Shown in pieces: positions 10,201 to 19,247 of a stretch of 37,329 nt of DNA. The notes under the pieces are model-generated. The model made no database searches. It was not told the origin of the DNA and saw only the letters and a program-made list of their open reading frames with translations. The translations under genes and the position numbers were made by a program. The stretch spans positions 1 through 37,329 of IMG/VR virus record IMGVR_UViG_3300045988_163332; one strand, written 5' to 3'. The stretch is from a virus. How positions within the stretch are numbered: position 1 is the first letter of the stretch; each line of letters starts with the position of its first letter.

Positions 10201-12146
10201 TTTATCCTACTTCTAGTAACTCCATAAACACTTGTAAATTGCTCTTCAGTTTCTCCTAAATATTCAAAATCTATTTTATATTTTTTCTTATAAAATTCAG
10301 CCATTTCTTCTGGAGTGTTTATATTATATTTTTTTCTAACTGTCTCCCCTGCTTTTTTTATTATTTTTTCATGTATATCTCTTATTTGTGTCTTGTCAAC
10401 TGTGCTATCAAGTCCTAGTTCTTTATAAACTATTTTTTTTACTTCTTCAACACTTATAGGTTTTATTGGCTCTGGGGTTCCATTCATATCATCTACTATA
10501 TTAGTTACTTTTCTTTGAGGTGTTATATTTTTTTGTGTTCCTGGTGCTGCATTAACATCAAGCTCGTATGTATCTCCTAAATATCCATATTGCTCTGTAA
10601 GTCTATAATCTCCATAATATTTCTTACCATCTATTTCATATTCAAAGTTGATATGGGCATCTCCCTTTAACCATTTTTTTCTAGTAATTGGAGTTCCATG
10701 TTCTGTAATATGTACTAAGTCTTGATATGGTGTTTTCTCAATAGCTCCTCTTACATACTTAACATTTGCACCTGGTGGAATAATTCCATCTTTTTCAAGA
10801 TTTGCTTGTAATGTTCCTGTTGGAAAATCTCTATAATTATGCTTTATTTTTCTTTTTTTTCTTTCAAAAGTTTCATTATCAACTATATGATGTTGTACTT
10901 TCATATCTTCAAATAAAGGTTCATAGCCACTATCATTGCCATTAAGATTTTTATCAACCTCTTCCATCATTCCTGGAACATCAACTCTTACATCAGTTAT
11001 CTTGTCTGGGTTAGTCAAGTCTAAAAAGAACTCAAAAGCTTTCTTTTCTCCCTCTCCAAGCTTTCCACTATCAATATATTCTTTTGCTAAATTTCTTATA
11101 AGAATTGGATTTTCATTTAAAATTTTATTGAAGTCAGCTCCGTTTTTAATAAAGTCTATATCTGGGTCATCTATCATTTTCAAGACAATAGACCTAGCAT
11201 ATAAGTCAGCTTGAAATTTATTAACATCATTTATATATAAATGCTTAAATAAAAATCTTTCACTACCTTGAGAGCCTTTATATTCATTTATAATACCTAG
11301 ATTATCTTTTATTCCTACTGTATTTTCTAAATCTTTTATAGTCATATCTCCATTATTTAATATAGAGCTTTCTTGTATTTTTTTATCAGCCTCTGAAAAT
11401 AGATTTATTATTATTTCTTGGGATTTCTTTTTTCTTGCTATATTATCAAACTTAGTTTCTATTTTATTAGCTACCTTACCTATTCCCATTCCTAGACCAG
11501 CAAATAAAAGTCCTGCACCAGCTCCACCAACTCCAGAATAAATAATCTCATCAAGTTCTGGAGTTCTACCCTCTGATATATAAATATCTGCACTTTCTTG
11601 TACCATATTTTCTATACCATTTAAAACTGCCGTTGTTCCAAGTCTACCAGCTACAGAAGTAGCTCCTATATATCCTGCAACATATGGACTTAAAAGAGTA
11701 GTCCCAAGTAATACAGGGAGTTGTCTTACATCAGTAGCAACTCTTAAACTCTCTGCTCCTGCACTCATAGCCCACTTTTGAGTTATATTGGGTTCTAATT
11801 CTATTTTTTTTCTAAAGCTATCTTTAAAGTTACTTGCAAAATCTTTATATTTTATATGGTTTTCCTCTGCCGTTTTTAAAAAATCTATAGGTTTTGTTTC
11901 TCCTGTTGCACTTTTATATGCAGCTCCTAACCAACTATAGTAAGTTGATTTTGCAATATTTTTAGAACTAGATAATATATCTCCTATAATTTCTAATTGT
12001 GGTATATCGTAAGATACTTTATTACCTACAACGTTGAATTTTTCTATATTTTCTTTGTTAGCCTCATAATATTCTTTATTTATTTTAATTACATCATCAT
12101 TACCCTCTAAAGATAATTTATTACCATAAGTTACAAGTCCTGCCAT
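7245..12146 (-). CDS. Giant (1633 aa) internal virion or ejection protein, gp16-like by position. It carries an embedded thermolysin-like (gluzincin) metallopeptidase motif and an N-terminal glycine-rich hydrophobic region.
   Basis: HEIEH is encoded at 10101..10115 and GEAIED at 10008..10025, matching the thermolysin pattern HExxH...NEAISD. A Gly/Ala-rich hydrophobic stretch spans residues about 145..225 (nt about 11472..11714). It is the last of a small/medium/giant trio (178, 694 and 1633 aa). Confidence 0.6.
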   Translation of the reverse strand: MAGLVTYGNKLSLEGNDDVIKINKEYYEANKENIEKFNVVGNKVSYDIPQLEIIGDILSSSKNIAKSTYYSWLGAAYKSATGETKPIDFLKTAEENHIKYKDFASNFKDSFRKKIELEPNITQKWAMSAGAESLRVATDVRQLPVLLGTTLLSPYVAGYIGATSVAGRLGTTAVLNGIENMVQESADIYISEGRTPELDEIIYSGVGGAGAGLLFAGLGMGIGKVANKIETKFDNIARKKKSQEIIINLFSEADKKIQESSILNNGDMTIKDLENTVGIKDNLGIINEYKGSQGSERFLFKHLYINDVNKFQADLYARSIVLKMIDDPDIDFIKNGADFNKILNENPILIRNLAKEYIDSGKLGEGEKKAFEFFLDLTNPDKITDVRVDVPGMMEEVDKNLNGNDSGYEPLFEDMKVQHHIVDNETFERKKRKIKHNYRDFPTGTLQANLEKDGIIPPGANVKYVRGAIEKTPYQDLVHITEHGTPITRKKWLKGDAHINFEYEIDGKKYYGDYRLTEQYGYLGDTYELDVNAAPGTQKNITPQRKVTNIVDDMNGTPEPIKPISVEEVKKIVYKELGLDSTVDKTQIRDIHEKIIKKAGETVRKKYNINTPEEMAEFYKKKYKIDFEYLGETEEQFTSVYGVTRSRINSSNQREIKISLNPLMMKDDLDLKLGTLRHEIEHAIDKYQAPGFKSIKFQKKDIADMTFGEAIEDMTKGHFSKYPDVNFEISYIINDKINNMLKNGKINSETVELLDLQLPKNTGTEDIVAFSNMIDSVKGIKDPGKKIAELRKSFSKYAKWKNDIPEIFWKAKDVGQASSLMSEYLETNLFIPYEKTKQQMEGMLTNAFNITYKGEKLNPDKLISLFEENGENLTHYLFRWNYKSLPDSLKELEPEILRLREEFYSTMKELTNGYEITVDDIVNNFMFDHNLSAEKYIRQEDILKYLGDDKKVDLDKFIRGDLSYDDLVELNIPERLLTIRNAFAEDNLEFFESTPETLINNLKGKNKAPKEKIIKLMAKANECMSSSDKKALVKKYKLEGIPQIKEFIEKSDFYKEVDTNLIAQNILESRKNNAKYFYTMDMMSKKGSYKNKFLGGHLHRFGRFDDFINGEKIIKRKNLTRLVNKNKTSDRTAIRRFIREISVAKAIKDNLPGHGMNGIERILNETQRKTANDTYKTLVRAIEKKIDDRIGMDLGRITKPPKTIADKAITNFLSYSNKVSLTGLKFTKDFIFEAPTMARASTMLYNSAGITETYKNFLKAAQVLYLSKEMFDKYDKALGSRFEYSVPLKFFNSIMDKADDVTGEIAERINKYGSKWEKIISGIDTGLNKLNFYGESQKVMKLAAFFEGAEILRNMSKFQDLDDLFKNNTAYMKNLFKNVGIDDLDFYFIKKLKDIPEFNELGVFNEVDLFDFINKSEVEKQLGRVLYNEEFDLIRKNITEKITKLHDKIVTDISPTETNASMRAVIENIENPIHRNFMRLMGNFKTSIQEQWRRLGRDLYASNIVDGHFDWGNKIWQKRLFKHILGVTGLYGGLALVTDLDFYTDPIATINEKIDDLIDSPGSAFWEVLDSQINSWALVNGSAVARRPIQIAQNLSKGDFEKAGANILKLGLGTSNVNMAKTGYDLAEKIVGE

Positions 12147-14230
12147 TATTCCTCCTTAATAAACTCTTCTACATCAAATACTGCATATCCATTATCAGTA
12201 AATACAGGTTGCCCACCATAGAAAAGTCTTACCTTTGTGCTCCCTATATCTTGTACAAAAGTTATATTTTTCTTATCTCCTATTTCTTTAATAGTTCCAT
12301 TGTAATTAACTTTATATGTATTTTTAGCTATCATTTCATTTATAGCTTTTTGAGTTTTTTCTATATCTCTTTCTTTACCAACAAAACCTCTATCTATTTG
12401 ACCTGTTATAAAGTTAGTTCTCTCCTCTTCTTTTATTATTTTAGGTGCAAATATAACTCTATTATTCCCTAGATTAATAGTATCTAGTCCCTCTGTCATA
12501 GCATTAACTACATTTTCTACCCTGGAATTTACAGTTTCTCTTATTGATTTATCATTTTCTAAAACTCCTTTAAGGAAAGTTCTTTGTTGCTCTGGGGTTA
12601 AACTAGCTATAGGTTGACCTACATATTTTTCTTTTAGTCCTCCTTTATCAGCTAAATCATCTGTTATTACACCACCATATTTAGAATACAATTCTAGTAT
12701 TAGTGTGTCAGTTGCTATTTGAGTTATATCTTTAGTTGCTCTTGTAGCTGCTAAACTTCCATTATTTGCTGCAGCTTGTAGTCCTGCTATTTTACCACCT
12801 GCAGCTATTGAAGTTGTTTTTTTAGGAGCAGCATAGTAAGGAGTATTATTATCAAATTCATAATAAAATTCTGTGTTAAATTCCTTTAGTTCTGAAAAAT
12901 CAGTTATTTGAACTTTATCAAAATTAGCAAGTATTTTTCTATTATCAGAACTATATACTTTGTCAAATTCATCTTTAAAGGTAGTATTCATCTGGTATGT
13001 TTCCATAAGCATACTTCCACCTATTATATTCTCATCTGTGGTATCATAGAAGTTTTTTACTGCTTCATATCCATAACCATTAGCCATCAATTCAGCTTCT
13101 TGTTGCCTAAAATTCATTATCCCTTCCCCAGCTAAATTAGGATTTTTATATACTTCTGTGGTGTCATTTAAACCTTTTTCTTTCCAAGGAATACTATATC
13201 CTAAATTTATAGCTTCATTTACTCCTGTTACAGTTACCCCATTTTTATAGTTTATAGCTTTTACCATTGTACTCTCTGGTATATATCCATCTGCTGCTAC
13301 TTGGTCTTCTTTTAAAGATAATTCCAAAGGATTTGTTTTTTTCTTTTGTTCATATTTTAATCTCTCAACCATAGTATTTTGCTTATTTAATTTTTCTTTA
13401 TTATTTATTCTTGTAAGTCCACTTGTTATAGTAGATTGAAATTTGTTATAGTCATCTACTGTCAAATAAAATTCTCCTGTATCATTTTTAAAGTTGAGAT
13501 CTGAAAACTTTTCCATAAATTGAGAAGTATTCCAAGTAGACATATTTTCAAGAACTGATTTACCATTTGGTTGATTTACAAAAGATGACACATAACTTAC
13601 TATAATATCTTGTCTTTGCTTGCTAGCAAGTTCAATAGCTTTTGTCCCATCTATATATCCTGCTTCTATTGCTCTATCTAAATCTTGAGCTACATTGTAA
13701 AAACCTTGTACTGCTCCTTGATAATCTCCAAGCATAGCAACTGATGAAAGATTATCTCCTTTCATTCTTATAATTCTGTTAGCTTCATCTTTTTGAATTT
13801 TCTCATTATAGTCATTGTATTCAACTAAATAATTTACATTTGATTTTTCAAGTTCTCCTGTTACCATAGAACTATATTTTTCTAATATAGAACCATCTAT
13901 CCCTAATTCCTTTCCATCTTTTTTAAATTGCTCTATATTAGCTTTTATTTCACTCTCTAAAGAGTTATAAGAATCAAAATTATGGAATAATTTTTTATTT
14001 ATTTTTCCCTGGTTATCTCTATCTAATATCATTTTAGACATAGAGGCAGCAAATTGCTGCCCGAATGTTTCTGCTTGTATTAAGTCTTGCTTTTGTTTTT
14101 TCTGGAAAAGTTCCTCAAGTTTACTAGCTACATTTCTCTCTACTCCAAAATCTGCAGCTATATTTAATTGTGGTACTGCTCTACCACTTGGTCTATTTAT
14201 TTTTAAAGGTTGTATTAGTGTTCCTGCCAT
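12146..14230 (-). CDS. Internal virion protein (694 aa), gp15-like by position.
   Basis: Start and stop codons overlap those of the neighbouring genes. No enzymatic motif recognised. Confidence 0.5.
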   Translation of the reverse strand: MAGTLIQPLKINRPSGRAVPQLNIAADFGVERNVASKLEELFQKKQKQDLIQAETFGQQFAASMSKMILDRDNQGKINKKLFHNFDSYNSLESEIKANIEQFKKDGKELGIDGSILEKYSSMVTGELEKSNVNYLVEYNDYNEKIQKDEANRIIRMKGDNLSSVAMLGDYQGAVQGFYNVAQDLDRAIEAGYIDGTKAIELASKQRQDIIVSYVSSFVNQPNGKSVLENMSTWNTSQFMEKFSDLNFKNDTGEFYLTVDDYNKFQSTITSGLTRINNKEKLNKQNTMVERLKYEQKKKTNPLELSLKEDQVAADGYIPESTMVKAINYKNGVTVTGVNEAINLGYSIPWKEKGLNDTTEVYKNPNLAGEGIMNFRQQEAELMANGYGYEAVKNFYDTTDENIIGGSMLMETYQMNTTFKDEFDKVYSSDNRKILANFDKVQITDFSELKEFNTEFYYEFDNNTPYYAAPKKTTSIAAGGKIAGLQAAANNGSLAATRATKDITQIATDTLILELYSKYGGVITDDLADKGGLKEKYVGQPIASLTPEQQRTFLKGVLENDKSIRETVNSRVENVVNAMTEGLDTINLGNNRVIFAPKIIKEEERTNFITGQIDRGFVGKERDIEKTQKAINEMIAKNTYKVNYNGTIKEIGDKKNITFVQDIGSTKVRLFYGGQPVFTDNGYAVFDVEEFIKEE

Positions 14231-14766
14231 TATTTACCACCCCATAAACTTCCTATCATACTTCCATATCCTCCACCTTGAATACCTTTATTTTTGTTTA
14301 TACTTGTTATTTCGTCCATTTTTTTCATATGTGTGTAGTCCATAAAAGCATTAGCTACACTTAACCCTGCACTCAATCCAAGTTGCTTATAAGTTGCTCC
14401 TAAATTATAATTATTTTGAGCTTTGGTTAATTTAAGTCCTCCTTGTATATCTGTCAGTGCTTCACTCTGTCCTGTCTTAGCTTCTAGGAATGATTTTTCA
14501 TGTGCTTTCATTCCTTTACTAAATAATGTGCTAGCCGTATCTATTCCAGCATTAGCAAAAGCTGCTTTTTGAGATTTCATTCTAGTTGTTATCTCTTCCA
14601 TAGCTGATGTATAACTCCTCATAGTGTTGGTAGTTTCTTTAGCTGCATTTACATCAGCTACCATATTATTTAATTTTGTTTGATTCTTTGCTCTTCCAGC
14701 GTCTGCCACTGAACCGAATAGACTTAGTCCAGTGCTTGCTAATTGCATTATCATTAATGGATTCAT
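14230..14766 (-). CDS. Small internal virion protein (178 aa), gp14-like by position.
   Basis: Translationally coupled to the 694-aa gene. Sequence is Ala, Gly and Ser rich. Confidence 0.45.
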   Translation of the reverse strand: MNPLMIMQLASTGLSLFGSVADAGRAKNQTKLNNMVADVNAAKETTNTMRSYTSAMEEITTRMKSQKAAFANAGIDTASTLFSKGMKAHEKSFLEAKTGQSEALTDIQGGLKLTKAQNNYNLGATYKQLGLSAGLSVANAFMDYTHMKKMDEITSINKNKGIQGGGYGSMIGSLWGGK

Positions 14767-14781
14767 ATTCTCACACTCCTA

Positions 14782-16578
14782 TTATCCTATTTCTGCAAAT
14801 ATTCCTACTATTTCAATTTTCTCATTATTGAGTTGCTCTATAACTAATTCCTCTTTTCCAATGTTGGCCATGTCTATGTAGTGAATTTTTTCATAAAAAT
14901 TATCTGTGTTTTCTCCAAAGCCTACTGATTTAGTTTGATTATTTATTTTTAAGTTATAATTTCCATAACACAAAATCTTACAATTTTTAAATCTTGCTTT
15001 CATTAAAAATTCTGGAATTGGCATTTGGTAGTTTTGTGACATAGTTGTTTTTGGTAGTTTTAACTTTAAAGGCTCTACTTCTGTTTCTGAATAAGTATAT
15101 ATATCTATATTTTCATTATTAACATTGAAGATATAGAGTTTATCATCTATATTAAGATATTCATTTATTCCAGGCAATTTAGGTACTCTAGTCCAACATA
15201 ATATATTTTCTGAATAATTATAGCTTAATGCTCTTCCACCACTTACTGTATCTACTCCTATAATGTTGTTTTTACCAATTTTATGAAAGTAAATATCATT
15301 GATGTTATCCATTAAGTGTCCAGAATATAGTGTTACTTCCTGCACTACATAAGCACTATCTGCCCCTACGTCTTGTATTTGATAGATTCTATTTGAGCTA
15401 TCAACATAGTATATTGCGTCGTCTGCCTCTGTCCAATACCCAAGCCCTTTAGGTCTTGGTAGTTTTTGGTCGTACAGTGCTGATGTTTCAGTAGTTAGTC
15501 CCTCATTTAATTGTGTGGAATAAATTCCTCTATCTGTTATTACTATCAAGGATTTATAAGCTATAAACTCTTTAACAGTATTAACTTCATTACCAGTAAC
15601 AAAGGTAGTAAATCCATCATTATCATCTGTTGATTGTCTAAAGTTAGTAGAGTCATATACCCTACTTGACACTATCGCTGATGGGTTACCTGCAACATTC
15701 CCAAATATAACTCTTCCTTTATACTCTGCCACTACTGCTGGATAACCACCATTGAATAAAGATTCAGAGAAAGTTATATCCAGGATATTTATTTTTCTTT
15801 CAGCTTCTGGAGTTGATGAGGTAGGAATATCTATTCCAGTTGCTGGTGCTGTAACTTGTGTAGTAGTTATCTTTTGTTTTCCATCTCTATTCTCTATTTT
15901 ATTGATTCTAAATTCTCCAGCCATATAGGAAATAGTTCCCTCTTTTAATTTGTCCAGGAATGTAGGTTTAAATACAGGACTTGAGATAGTAGATTCAAAG
16001 ACAACACTTGCTCCAGATTGATACCATTGAAATACTTGTTTTTCTTCATCTGTATATTGATATTGAGTTTCCACTCTTTTTACTGGAGGATTTACTATAT
16101 TTTCCCAATACTCTACTACATCAAACTCTTGAGTATCTTCCGTAACTCTTATCATTTCTGGTTTTTTATTAGCTACACAAGTTATAACACTATTTTGGAA
16201 TTGTGCTATACTTAGATTCTCAATCTCTTCATCTGTGTAATTTACTTCTATTTCCTTTATAACTTCAAAGTTATCTTCTCTTAATATAATTACTTTTAAT
16301 TCAGTAAATAAAAAAAGATACCCACTAAGCGAGGTATCTTTCTTTTGAATTTTATATTTAAAAATCTTGAAAGCATTTATAATAGTTTTGGTTGTAACTG
16401 CTAGAATAGTAGCAACTTTTTTTAATGCTGGGAAATTAGTTATTCCTGCTGAAGAGGTTATAAGTCCATTTTCTAAATAGGCTAATCCTCTGTTTGGTAT
16501 ATCTGTATCTACCCTAAAACATAGTGGTGGGTCTATCTCCCCTAAAGAGAACCTCCCCTTTTTTTCATAATATTTCAT
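14782..16578 (-). CDS. Virion structural protein (598 aa), in the position of a tail tubular protein B.
   Basis: Long ORF following the 167-aa gene. Assignment rests on synteny only. Confidence 0.4.
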   Translation of the reverse strand: MKYYEKKGRFSLGEIDPPLCFRVDTDIPNRGLAYLENGLITSSAGITNFPALKKVATILAVTTKTIINAFKIFKYKIQKKDTSLSGYLFLFTELKVIILREDNFEVIKEIEVNYTDEEIENLSIAQFQNSVITCVANKKPEMIRVTEDTQEFDVVEYWENIVNPPVKRVETQYQYTDEEKQVFQWYQSGASVVFESTISSPVFKPTFLDKLKEGTISYMAGEFRINKIENRDGKQKITTTQVTAPATGIDIPTSSTPEAERKINILDITFSESLFNGGYPAVVAEYKGRVIFGNVAGNPSAIVSSRVYDSTNFRQSTDDNDGFTTFVTGNEVNTVKEFIAYKSLIVITDRGIYSTQLNEGLTTETSALYDQKLPRPKGLGYWTEADDAIYYVDSSNRIYQIQDVGADSAYVVQEVTLYSGHLMDNINDIYFHKIGKNNIIGVDTVSGGRALSYNYSENILCWTRVPKLPGINEYLNIDDKLYIFNVNNENIDIYTYSETEVEPLKLKLPKTTMSQNYQMPIPEFLMKARFKNCKILCYGNYNLKINNQTKSVGFGENTDNFYEKIHYIDMANIGKEELVIEQLNNEKIEIVGIFAEIG

Positions 16579-16587
16579 TGTTGCCTC

Positions 16588-17091
16588 CTATCTTAAATCC
16601 TCTATATTAATTATTGGAGGATTGTCATGTATAAATTTATTTTGCTCTGCTAAGAAAAGTTCATATAATCTACTTAATTCTCCAGCTTTAGAAAGTGGAG
16701 CTGCCATCATAATTGCAAGTGAAATACTAGCAAGTCTTGTATATTTCTCATCTATTTCTTCTGGGTCTATATTTTTCAAATATTTAAATAAAAAATTATT
16801 TTTTGAACTGATTAATTTATCCCTATAAGCCTCCACACCACTTGTTAATGATTTAATATACCCATCTGGTTTTAAGTAAATTATCTTCCCAAGCATATTT
16901 TGTACATCAGCTTTTCTTAGTACCACTTCATCTATATTAATTCCATAATTTTCATTTTGTAACATATCATTTATCATCATCATATAATAGTTATCTCCAA
17001 CCTTATAAGCTGATGATGTTTCCTGGTCTGCCTCATCATAAGGAAAGCCAAGTTCTAACATAGCTGCTCTAATTACTTTGTGTTTTTCCAA
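16588..17091 (-). CDS. Virion structural protein (167 aa), in the position of a tail tubular protein A.
   Basis: ORF with an RBS. Assignment rests on synteny only. Confidence 0.4.
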   Translation of the reverse strand: MEKHKVIRAAMLELGFPYDEADQETSSAYKVGDNYYMMMINDMLQNENYGINIDEVVLRKADVQNMLGKIIYLKPDGYIKSLTSGVEAYRDKLISSKNNFLFKYLKNIDPEEIDEKYTRLASISLAIMMAAPLSKAGELSRLYELFLAEQNKFIHDNPPIINIEDLR

Positions 17092-17266
17092 TTATCCTGT
17101 TACCTCCTTCTATAAATTTTTTCATTACTTTTAGTTGCTCTGGAGTATTTGCTAATTCAACTCCAATTTTTCCTACAACTAAAAAGAAAGTTCTTGCTTT
17201 GATATATTTGTTTTTTAATAAAAATCTCATAAATTTAAAAAATATTATAAATAATTTACCTTTCAT
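17069..17266 (-). CDS. Small hypothetical protein (65 aa) that overlaps the recombinase stop.
   Basis: Good RBS: ggagg, 8-nt spacer, then ATG. Its start overlaps the recombinase stop codon. Confidence 0.35.
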   Translation of the reverse strand: MKGKLFIIFFKFMRFLLKNKYIKARTFFLVVGKIGVELANTPEQLKVMKKFIEGGNRIIGKTQSN

Positions 17267-17954
17267 TTTCCTGTGCCTCCTCTAGTATAATATTTTTCTT
17301 ATACTTGTAATATGTATTCTTAGTTATCCCTAGCAGTGTAAAGACTTCTATATCTTTAAGATTTCCTCCAAAATCTTTAGCTAGTTTTTTAATTTTCTCT
17401 CTCATCTCCTTTTCTTTCTTGGTAGTATAAGTATCTCCTTGTTTTCTACCTAATATAGTTCCTTTAGCTTTAGTAACTCTTAGTCCCTCTTTTGTCCTTT
17501 CTCTAAGGTCTAATACTTCCTTTTCAGCTTGGTCAAATGCTATTTTAATTTGTTCTTGAGCTAATATCTTCAATACTTCATTGGTTGCGTCTATGTATAT
17601 ATCAGCTATTTTATTTCCTGTTGAATCTATTTTATTCTCTAAAGCTTTTTTATAAAGGGCTGTATTGATATATCCCTCTTTTAAAAATATAAGTTCAATA
17701 CCTCTTTCTACAAAATTAAAATATTCTTTTATTCCCTCTTCTGCATTTCTACTCATTCTACTAACAGAATCAAATATAATTGTATCTCCAGGTTTAACTA
17801 TTTTTTTTAGCTTACTCCATTCTTTTCTATCTGTTGTAGTTCCTGTATATGCTTCTTGAAATACTTTAGCAGTTGGATATATCTTTATGATATTTTCCAC
17901 CTGTCTTAAAATATTTTGTTTTTTTGTAGATACTCTGCAATAACCGTATATCAT
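17256..17954 (-). CDS. Small serine recombinase (resolvase or invertase family) with a C-terminal HTH.
   Basis: The N-terminal block YGYCRVSTKKQ contains the catalytic Ser motif of serine recombinases. 232 aa, with a C-terminal helix-turn-helix (LLGITKNTYYKY). Confidence 0.8.
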   Translation of the reverse strand: MIYGYCRVSTKKQNILRQVENIIKIYPTAKVFQEAYTGTTTDRKEWSKLKKIVKPGDTIIFDSVSRMSRNAEEGIKEYFNFVERGIELIFLKEGYINTALYKKALENKIDSTGNKIADIYIDATNEVLKILAQEQIKIAFDQAEKEVLDLRERTKEGLRVTKAKGTILGRKQGDTYTTKKEKEMREKIKKLAKDFGGNLKDIEVFTLLGITKNTYYKYKKNIILEEAQENER

Positions 17955-18008
17955 CTTTTATCTCTCCTTTTAGTATTTATTCTGTCGTTCGTTTCACTTA
18001 ATACCATA

Positions 18009-18037
18009 ATTATACTATTTTTAGAGATAAAAAACAA
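18009..18037 (-). promoter_or_regulatory. Candidate promoter for the recombinase gene: TTGTTT, 17-nt spacer, TATAAT on the minus strand.
   Basis: -10 is the reverse complement of attata at 18009..18014. -35 is the reverse complement of aaacaa at 18032..18037. Confidence 0.4.
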
Positions 18038-18056
18038 TGTACTTTTAATACTTTTT

Positions 18057-18311
18057 TTAATAGGTTTGTTTTGATACTTTTTTGTGTTTTCTACTTTTTA
18101 TATTAGTAGTTAAAACTATAAGTAAAAATTGTTTAGGTACAAAGTCACAATCTTTGTATTTTTTACACCTACAATATCTAACTTTACTTATAACACTTAC
18201 TATTTTTTTACCTCTCGGTAAAACTTTATATTTTACTTTGCTATGGTGCTTAGGTTTTTTCTTTTTGTTCCAGGTTTTCATTTGTTGCCTCCACAAAGAT
18301 AACACATTCAT
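18057..18311 (-). CDS. Very basic Lys-rich small protein (84 aa). Uncertain.
   Basis: ORF with a CRCKKYKDCD cysteine cluster. It overlaps gene 18250..18540 by 62 nt, so the start is unsure. Confidence 0.3.
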   Translation of the reverse strand: MNVLSLWRQQMKTWNKKKKPKHHSKVKYKVLPRGKKIVSVISKVRYCRCKKYKDCDFVPKQFLLIVLTTNIKSRKHKKVSKQTY

Positions 18312-18540
18312 TATCTTTTCTTTTGTAGTTGTAACATTCTGGAATGAATCCAGCCGTTTCTAAAGCAGTGCAATTAATTTTAAGGTTTCTAAATATACAG
18401 TCTAAGCAGCTCCCTCCAGCTGACTTTAATACTAATATTTTTTTGTTTCCAAAAGTAAATTCTTTTCCAATTTCAAGATTTTTAAACTCTTCATCTGTTA
18501 TATTATCTACTGTTTTTCCTATTCTGCTGCACTTATCCAT
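18250..18540 (-). CDS. Small Cys-rich protein (96 aa), a possible zinc-binding protein.
   Basis: Cysteine-containing blocks GGSCLDCIF, NCT and IPECYNYKRKDNECV. Confidence 0.4.
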   Translation of the reverse strand: MDKCSRIGKTVDNITDEEFKNLEIGKEFTFGNKKILVLKSAGGSCLDCIFRNLKINCTALETAGFIPECYNYKRKDNECVIFVEATNENLEQKEKT

Positions 18541-18713
18541 ACTTTTCTCTCACCTATATCAAAATTTGGGTTATGAGTTCTGTCTTCAATATGTAGTTTA
18601 ACAATTCCATTTCCAGTATATCCGAAGATTTCTACCTCGAAATCTTCAATATTATGCTTTTCTCCATATTCTTTTATCTCTTTTATTCTCTCTTCTAGCT
18701 CTTTTAATGTCAT
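18519..18713 (-). CDS. Small hypothetical protein (64 aa).
   Basis: ORF packed within the accessory island. Confidence 0.4.
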   Translation of the reverse strand: MTLKELEERIKEIKEYGEKHNIEDFEVEIFGYTGNGIVKLHIEDRTHNPNFDIGERKVWISAAE

Positions 18714-18922
18714 TTCTTATCTTCTCCCATTCTATAAATTCTTACCTTTGTTTCTTCTTTTAGTGTTGGTGTAGTCAAACCATCATAATATCTTCTTCTT
18801 TTTTCTAAGTTTTTAGCTATCAACTCATCACACATTTTAGAAATTTTTTTAATTCTTTCTATTTCTTGTATTTTTTCTAAAACAATAGGTGCAACTCCCC
18901 AAGGACATCGCTTTCTTTCCAT
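18710..18922 (-). CDS. Small hypothetical protein (70 aa).
   Basis: ORF with overlapping start and stop codons. Confidence 0.4.
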   Translation of the reverse strand: MERKRCPWGVAPIVLEKIQEIERIKKISKMCDELIAKNLEKRRRYYDGLTTPTLKEETKVRIYRMGEDKK

Positions 18923-18940
18923 TTATCCCCCTTTTATACC

Positions 18941-19171
18941 TCAAGGTATAATTTTAACTCTTGAGTATTTATCTGCTTCTTTCCAAAATCTTTGTAATTT
19001 TCTTTTTTGCAATATAGAACTTATAGTTCTACCTAATTTTAAACTAATATCTTTTAAATCATTTCTATAATCTAGTGCATACTCTAAGTCTTTACTTGTC
19101 CAAGGTTTGTTATGATTAAAATGATATTTAGGGTTGTAATTGATTAAATCTTTATTTTTTACCTTTTCCAA
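18941..19171 (-). CDS. Small hypothetical protein (76 aa).
   Basis: ORF in the accessory island. Confidence 0.4.
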   Translation of the reverse strand: MEKVKNKDLINYNPKYHFNHNKPWTSKDLEYALDYRNDLKDISLKLGRTISSILQKRKLQRFWKEADKYSRVKIIP

Positions 19172-19247
19172 CTCTACCCCCTTATCTTTTGTAATACATC
19201 AATTACTATTACTGCTGCTGCTAACATTAATATAATCTTAGGTCTTG

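Noticed and set aside
12209-13135. Plus-strand ORFs 12209..12472 and 12908..13135 (Phe/Ile/Tyr-rich).
   Set aside because: Antisense frames inside the 694-aa virion gene. They are AT-rich and low complexity, with no RBS.
17665-18363. Plus-strand ORFs 17665..17859 and 18082..18363.
   Set aside because: Antisense to the recombinase gene and to the small basic gene. Their products are hydrophobic and low complexity, with no RBS.
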